Assembly: GCA_001600695.1 (NCBI GenBank)
Contig: BCKQ01000005.1
Coordinates: 1 to 64,000 of the forward strand
Length of the DNA: 64,000 nucleotides
Direction: 5' to 3'
Origin: Ascoidea asiatica JCM 7603
Lineage: Eukaryota > Fungi > Ascomycota
Under the pieces are notes generated by a model. The model saw only the letters and a list, made by a program, of their open reading frames with translations, did no database searches and had not been told where the DNA came from. Below are positions 58,518-64,000 of the stretch, piece after piece. The first letter of the stretch is position 1. Every line of letters starts with the position of its first letter. The translations under genes and the position numbers were made by a program.

Positions 58518-60179
58518 ATGAGTTCTCCAGAATTAGATTCTATTTCTCATTATGAGAGTTTAATAGCAGATAGAATACTTAAGAATATTGAAATTTCAAA
58601 AATTTCAAGGCAATTGAAAAAGAAATTATTAAATGCTGGAAATAAATTACAAAATACTTATTCAGTTAAGGAAAATTCAACTAAATCTTCAAAATTGGTC
58701 AACGATGAAATTGGTTTTAAAGGTTTGAAAAATTTTAATAAAATTTCTAAACCTGTTCAATCTAATATAAATAATATAAATAATATTAACTTCAATAAGA
58801 ATAAAATAAAATTGACCAAAAAAAATCACAAAAGAACTTTATCGGAAAACATTGGAAATTATAAAAATAGAACATATCCGAATTTAAATCAAAATAATCA
58901 AAATGACGTTGATCTCAATAACAATGATAATAATAATAATTTTCAAAAAGGTTTCCCAATTAAAAAAACCTTTAAAACAACATATTACAATCCTACTATT
59001 ATTTTACAATCTAATCCAAACCCAAATAATTTAATTCAAAAAAATTCCTCTATAAATGAAATTTACCCTCCTTCTTCACCTTTTAATTCAAATTTATCTT
59101 TAAATCAACAATTGTCATTGAAGTCTAATAATAATACAAACCATATTAGCGATTTCTTTTTTAATGAATCTACCTCATATTCCAAATCCATAAATTCACT
59201 AAAACAAATAATTCCATTAAAATCTACAATTTCAAAAAATTCTGAAAATTCAATTCAACTTAGAACAAATGATCAAAATGATGATAATGATAACGATAAT
59301 GATATAAATGAAACTAAAATTCAAATATCATCAACGCCTACACATTTTAACACAAATACAACTTTTGATAATACTATTTCTTCGCAATTAATCAAAATTA
59401 ATTCAAATAATCAACCAACTGATGTGATTAATAATCAAATTATCAACAATATATCAAATAAAATTAATAATGAAAATAAAGAAGCTAATTCTCAAGTTAC
59501 TAATCTTGATCAATTATTAAAAACTCCAAAATTTTATTCATTAAATCAATCAAATACACAATTTCGATCAGAAACTCAAGAAGCGGATTTATTAATGTTT
59601 TTATCAGCTACTCCTTCATTAAATCATCAAAATTCAAAATATTTTGCTTCTCCATCTTTTCCAGAAAGTTCAAAACTTTCAAACTTTTCGAACTTCTCAA
59701 ACTTTTCAAATTTTTCAAATCCAAATACTTATGATAGTACAATTAACAATAATTTAAATATACAACTTCCTTTTAATAGTCCAAATTTTTTTAATTTAAC
59801 ACCAAGATTTTCTTCAACAAGTTCATTTGATGTATCTCATTTAAATTCATTGAATAATAGTAAAAAAAATGATTCAAGTCTTAATATAATCTCTAAACAA
59901 AAATCAAACTTATCTAATACTGAAAAAAAACAAAAATCTTCACTTGAAATATTTCCAACTCCTCAAAATATTGACAATAATATGTCTATCAAAGAGACTC
60001 CAAATCAAAAAGATTCACAAAACTTTTTATTATTAAAAACTCCCAATTTTAATTTAAATGATTATGTTAATATATTTTCCCCTTCTCCACTAAAACAAGC
60101 TGGTTTTCTAGAGACTAATCTAGATAAAGAAAAAACATCGGATAAACCTTCGCAGATAGCAAAATCAAGAGGTATGTAA
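58518..60179 (+). CDS. STB1: Stb1-like G1/S transcription regulator
   Basis: ESLIADRILKNIEISKISRQLK, EADLLMFLSATP and KTPNFNLNDYVNIFSPSP match Stb1 motifs; many S/T-P CDK sites. Confidence 0.75.
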   Translation: MSSPELDSISHYESLIADRILKNIEISKISRQLKKKLLNAGNKLQNTYSVKENSTKSSKLVNDEIGFKGLKNFNKISKPVQSNINNINNINFNKNKIKLTKKNHKRTLSENIGNYKNRTYPNLNQNNQNDVDLNNNDNNNNFQKGFPIKKTFKTTYYNPTIILQSNPNPNNLIQKNSSINEIYPPSSPFNSNLSLNQQLSLKSNNNTNHISDFFFNESTSYSKSINSLKQIIPLKSTISKNSENSIQLRTNDQNDDNDNDNDINETKIQISSTPTHFNTNTTFDNTISSQLIKINSNNQPTDVINNQIINNISNKINNENKEANSQVTNLDQLLKTPKFYSLNQSNTQFRSETQEADLLMFLSATPSLNHQNSKYFASPSFPESSKLSNFSNFSNFSNFSNPNTYDSTINNNLNIQLPFNSPNFFNLTPRFSSTSSFDVSHLNSLNNSKKNDSSLNIISKQKSNLSNTEKKQKSSLEIFPTPQNIDNNMSIKETPNQKDSQNFLLLKTPNFNLNDYVNIFSPSPLKQAGFLETNLDKEKTSDKPSQIAKSRGM

Positions 60180-60673
60180 TTTCTTTTGAAAAAACACCTG
60201 TATAAATAATCTCAAAACTTCTTTTTTTTTTTTTTTCTATCAATCCAAAACATAATCTAAAACTCGCTATTTTTTTTTCTTGATTTTTATTCCTTTTAAT
60301 AAACGATTCTCTTTATGACTGACTGATTGTTAATTTCATTTTGCATATTCCGTGGATATTAGCCAAAAATATTGTAACAAGGCCTAAAAGGTCTGAACAC
60401 AAAGGTCCGAACAGTCGGAAACAAAACTTTCTATCTTGAGAATTCAGATCACGTTGTATCTAGCCGGATTTGAAACTTCGTATTTTGAAATTTTAAAGTC
60501 ATTTTTCAGTTAATTACAAAACTTATCTCAATCAACAGCAGAATATTATCAAAAATAGTGTAAATAAATTTATTATCAGATCGATTAATAAATATAGATT
60601 TAAATAAAATTAAATATATTATCAAAGAAATCGAATCAATTAGAAAATTTGCATTCAATAGATTTCAGATACA

Positions 60674-61270
60674 ATGTTTAGATCGGTTTTGACGCCTAAG
60701 CTACCTTTATTTGGTACTTTCAGATATGGATCTATAGTTATCAATTCCTTTAGATTTCAAACTACCACTTCTAAATCACAGAAAAATGCGCTTCTTAATG
60801 CTGTGAAATCAGATAATTCATCAATTAACAAAAGCACTTTATATAACTCAATGATTCCTGATTCCATGATTGATTTTTCTCTCAAAAATATTAATAAAAA
60901 TTCTCAAAAGTCTTCTTTAACTGGTAAAACTGCTTCTCAAACATCTTCAAAATCATCAAGAGACTCTACTTTTATTACTCCAAAAGATGTATCAAATATC
61001 AAAGAAGATGCTCAAAGAATACCTTTAACTGGTCCTATTGCAGGCCGGACAATAGGTGTTTCAAAAGAAGATTTAAATCGTGCATTCAAAAGTTTGAATG
61101 GTATAATTTTCTCAAATAATATTAGAAAAATCTCAAGAGATCAAAAATTTTACGTAAGACCTGGTAAAAGAAAACAAGAAGCCAAATCAACAAGACATAG
61201 AAAAATATTTAAAGAAAATTTCAAGAAACTTATGGGAATTGTTAAGGATGCTAGAAGAAAAGGTTATTAA
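60674..61270 (+). CDS. MRP21: Mitochondrial small ribosomal subunit protein bS21m
   Basis: AGRTIGV..DLNRAFKSL..QKFYVRPGKRK..VKDARRKGY. Confidence 0.9.
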   Translation: MFRSVLTPKLPLFGTFRYGSIVINSFRFQTTTSKSQKNALLNAVKSDNSSINKSTLYNSMIPDSMIDFSLKNINKNSQKSSLTGKTASQTSSKSSRDSTFITPKDVSNIKEDAQRIPLTGPIAGRTIGVSKEDLNRAFKSLNGIIFSNNIRKISRDQKFYVRPGKRKQEAKSTRHRKIFKENFKKLMGIVKDARRKGY

Positions 61271-61355
61271 TCCAAACCAAGTTAAATCTAGTTTATTATT
61301 GAATTACAAAAATTTAAATATATCACTATATACATGTAAATAGATATTTTTCTTC

Positions 61356-62903
61356 TTATTCTATTTTGGCAATTGCACCATTTTTATCAACTGAACTAAA
61401 ATATTTCTCCCAAATACTTAATTCTTCATATCGTTTTGGGTCTCCGGGCCTTTTAGCTATTATACACCATGTAGTTCCTAAATGAATTCTTTTTTCGGAA
61501 ACAATTTCTAATCCAGAATCATCTAAAATTTCTCCAATATCCAAATTCCAACGGCAACCCCATTCTTTCAATCTTTGCTCTGCTCTATTATCGAGCATTT
61601 TATTAATAAAACTGTAATCACCTCTTCCATGCTCTAATAAAATTATTCTTCCACCTGGTTTCAATAATTTAAGCATATTATTTAAGGACTTAACGGGATC
61701 TTCATGAGAGCATACTCCAAAAGTTTCAATAATGGTATCATATCTTATTCTATTATCTGAAGATACTTCTTTTATTTCATTATTGGTTGAAATATTATTC
61801 TTTTCATTTTTATTTTCATCAATCATTTGATTATCACTTATTATAGATTTTGTGTTAACAGTATTATGATTAGATTTAACTTCTGCTAACTCAACTAAAT
61901 CTTCGGCTTTACCAATAACAAATGCAACTTTTTTAAAATTAGCAAATTTTTTTCTAAATTTTTTATTAGTAACATCCATCATTTTTGATGAAGAGTCTAA
62001 AAAAGTAATAGAATTAATTTTCTCAGGATTTAAATATTTAAGATTTCTTCCTGTCCCACAAGCTACTTCTAAGACATCACCAAATATATGTTTCATGACC
62101 CATTTTCTTCTTTTACCCATTCTAATCAAAAACTCTTCAGTATTTATTTCTGAATCATAATCTTCAGCCTTAGAATCATAGAATGAAGAAGTATCTCTTG
62201 GAGGTAAAACATTTTTATTTCTCAATTTTGATTCAACAAGTTGATCATCACTTATTTCAAAATTATTAAATTCTTTTAAATTTAATTCAAATGGTCCTGT
62301 AGTATTTGGATTTTGAAGAAAGTCTTTTTCTTTTTCTTCAATTATTTTTTTATAAATATCTAATTTTTCAATATCTCTTGTTCTGAGTTTTCCTGTTAAT
62401 TCTTTCAATCGTAAATTTTCATATTCATTCAAATTTTTTTCAAAATCTTTCAAAGATAAATCTACTTGATATTTTTCTCCCAATTTTTTTTTCAATACCT
62501 CTTTATCAAATTTTTTTTTATTCAATTGATCTAATTCTTTATCTCTATTATAAACTTTCTTCATATAGGTACCCCCATAAATCAAGAAAAATATATATAC
62601 AGCAATTAAGATTTTGCCAAGATTTTCATTAAATTTTTTTGTTTGAAAAAAAGCTCCCCATCTAACAATCCTTGAAGGATGATTAAGCCTTTCATTTATT
62701 TTTTCATTTTCTATTTCTTCAGGCCTTCTTTTACGACGAACATAAAATTTATCATTATCATAATCCACATATTTTGAATTGGAATAGAATCTATAAAAAC
62801 TTGGTGGATGATTGACAATTTTAGTAGAAAGTAATCCAATTGATGAAATACCAACTTTTGATATAGCTTGAAATTGGTTAGATGAGACTCTAACCTTAAG
62901 CAT
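61356..62903 (-). CDS. OMS1: Mitochondrial inner-membrane methyltransferase
   Basis: Single transmembrane segment; GDVLEVACGTGRN, YDTIIETFG, LLEHGRG, WGCRWNLDIGE. Confidence 0.93.
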   Translation of the reverse strand: MLKVRVSSNQFQAISKVGISSIGLLSTKIVNHPPSFYRFYSNSKYVDYDNDKFYVRRKRRPEEIENEKINERLNHPSRIVRWGAFFQTKKFNENLGKILIAVYIFFLIYGGTYMKKVYNRDKELDQLNKKKFDKEVLKKKLGEKYQVDLSLKDFEKNLNEYENLRLKELTGKLRTRDIEKLDIYKKIIEEKEKDFLQNPNTTGPFELNLKEFNNFEISDDQLVESKLRNKNVLPPRDTSSFYDSKAEDYDSEINTEEFLIRMGKRRKWVMKHIFGDVLEVACGTGRNLKYLNPEKINSITFLDSSSKMMDVTNKKFRKKFANFKKVAFVIGKAEDLVELAEVKSNHNTVNTKSIISDNQMIDENKNEKNNISTNNEIKEVSSDNRIRYDTIIETFGVCSHEDPVKSLNNMLKLLKPGGRIILLEHGRGDYSFINKMLDNRAEQRLKEWGCRWNLDIGEILDDSGLEIVSEKRIHLGTTWCIIAKRPGDPKRYEELSIWEKYFSSVDKNGAIAKIE

Positions 62904-63330
62904 TTTTTTCTTACTTTACCACTTTAATACTGTATTTCAGACCTATATGCACCTTTATAATTGTATTTTAGTAATATTAATCTCTAATTTTCTTCAATCG
63001 AATTTCATAACTGTATCTGTCTTTCCAATCAAATAAAAAGATTATAATGTTGAATAGAACTGAATTTAAGTGTAATATTGAAAAGAAAGACTATTTTCAG
63101 TCAGGTCGCAGTTATTCAAATGGAACAATCCCGTAAGGTTACTGTTAATCTTAACAATGGAAGGAGTTTGAAGTTTGGTGATTTGAATATTTCACTACCC
63201 GTTTTATTTGGAAAGGAGTAAAATACAAAAGATGTTCCATCAGAAGAAATAGCTTTCAAAATCAGAATTAACCGAAATATCAAAGCTGAGATTAAAGTCT
63301 TCTGTTACTAATTGAAACTAGAAGAATTAA

Positions 63331-63990
63331 ATGAATAAGCTCCAGATTTTGCAACCTTTCCCTTTGAGATTGAATCAATGCTACAGAACATATAATAGCC
63401 CTCAATTTTCTTGGGTTTATTCAAAAAGATCTTATTTAAATGTATTTGATGGTGTGAAATCTTTGAAGTCTTTGAAATCTTCAGTAGAAGGAGAACAACA
63501 ATATCATGTTAAAAAAGTTTTGAATCATCCTCCTGAAATACTATTTAATGTTGTTTCTGATGTCTCTAGATATTCTGAATTTGTACCATATTGTACTTAT
63601 TCGTTTATAAATAAAAAGGATCCAAAAAATTATAATTTACCAACTGAAGCTGGCTTACAAGTTGGGTTTCAAAAATTTGATGAAACGTTTACTTGTGAAT
63701 TAATATGTGATAAAAATGAAAAATCAGTGGTTGCTAAAAGTATTACTCATTCCTTGTTTAATAATCTATATACAAAATGGAATATAAATAACGTTGAAAA
63801 TTTTCCAAATAAATGTGAAGTATATCTCGAATTGAATTACAAATTTAAAAATCCTATTTATAATGCAGTTAGTAAAGTATTCAACAGTTCTGTTACAGAT
63901 ATTATGCTTAAGGCTTTTAATAAGCAGGCCATTCATGTTCGAAAAGAATCCATGCTAATTGATGAACAAAAAGAATTACTTCACAAATGA
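63331..63990 (+). CDS. COQ10: Coenzyme Q-binding START-domain protein
   Basis: VVSDVSRYSEFVPYC, AGLQVGFQKFDETFTC, LFNNLYTKW, FKNPIYN. Confidence 0.92.
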   Translation: MNKLQILQPFPLRLNQCYRTYNSPQFSWVYSKRSYLNVFDGVKSLKSLKSSVEGEQQYHVKKVLNHPPEILFNVVSDVSRYSEFVPYCTYSFINKKDPKNYNLPTEAGLQVGFQKFDETFTCELICDKNEKSVVAKSITHSLFNNLYTKWNINNVENFPNKCEVYLELNYKFKNPIYNAVSKVFNSSVTDIMLKAFNKQAIHVRKESMLIDEQKELLHK

Positions 63991-64000
63991 TTTAAAATGA

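Noticed and set aside
63306-63321. TACTAAT..TAG upstream of COQ10 as an intron end
   Set aside because: No convincing GTATGT donor upstream, and an in-frame TAA precedes the ATG.

Overview
Gene-dense, very AT-rich nuclear DNA of a budding yeast (Saccharomycotina). The evidence is GTATGT/TACTAAC introns and S. cerevisiae-like orthologs. Strong in-frame CTG avoidance and N-rich low-complexity proteins suggest a CUG-reassigned lineage such as Ascoidea/Saccharomycopsis (inference only). Order: a 17-bp tandem repeat at the window edge, a decayed PWP2 fragment, EMC6, SLA2, MME1, an intron-containing Aly/REF (YRA2-like) gene missed by the ORF track, CDC60, HAT2, ZPR1, INO80, ACO1, SPE1, an unknown N/Q-rich coiled-coil ORF, RAD50, a histidine phosphatase, GCV1, PAC2, ATP11, a small GC-rich gene, PET112, HOM6, MDL1, CIT1, RPL15, MRC1, STB1, MRP21, OMS1 and COQ10. 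I saw no tRNA/rRNA, transposon or CRISPR signal and cannot claim a wholly new multi-gene system. The best leads are regulatory: (i) introns that split the start codon of RAD50 (AT|G) and RPL15 (A|TG), with all three introns using AAG acceptors; (ii) a long hairpin plus a second helix in the RPL15 intron; (iii) an AUG uORF in the ornithine decarboxylase leader; (iv) CUG avoidance; (v) an inverted base-composition landscape with GC-rich promoter islands and one GC-rich gene among extremely AT-rich ones. Gene identities come from recalled motifs, not from database searches.
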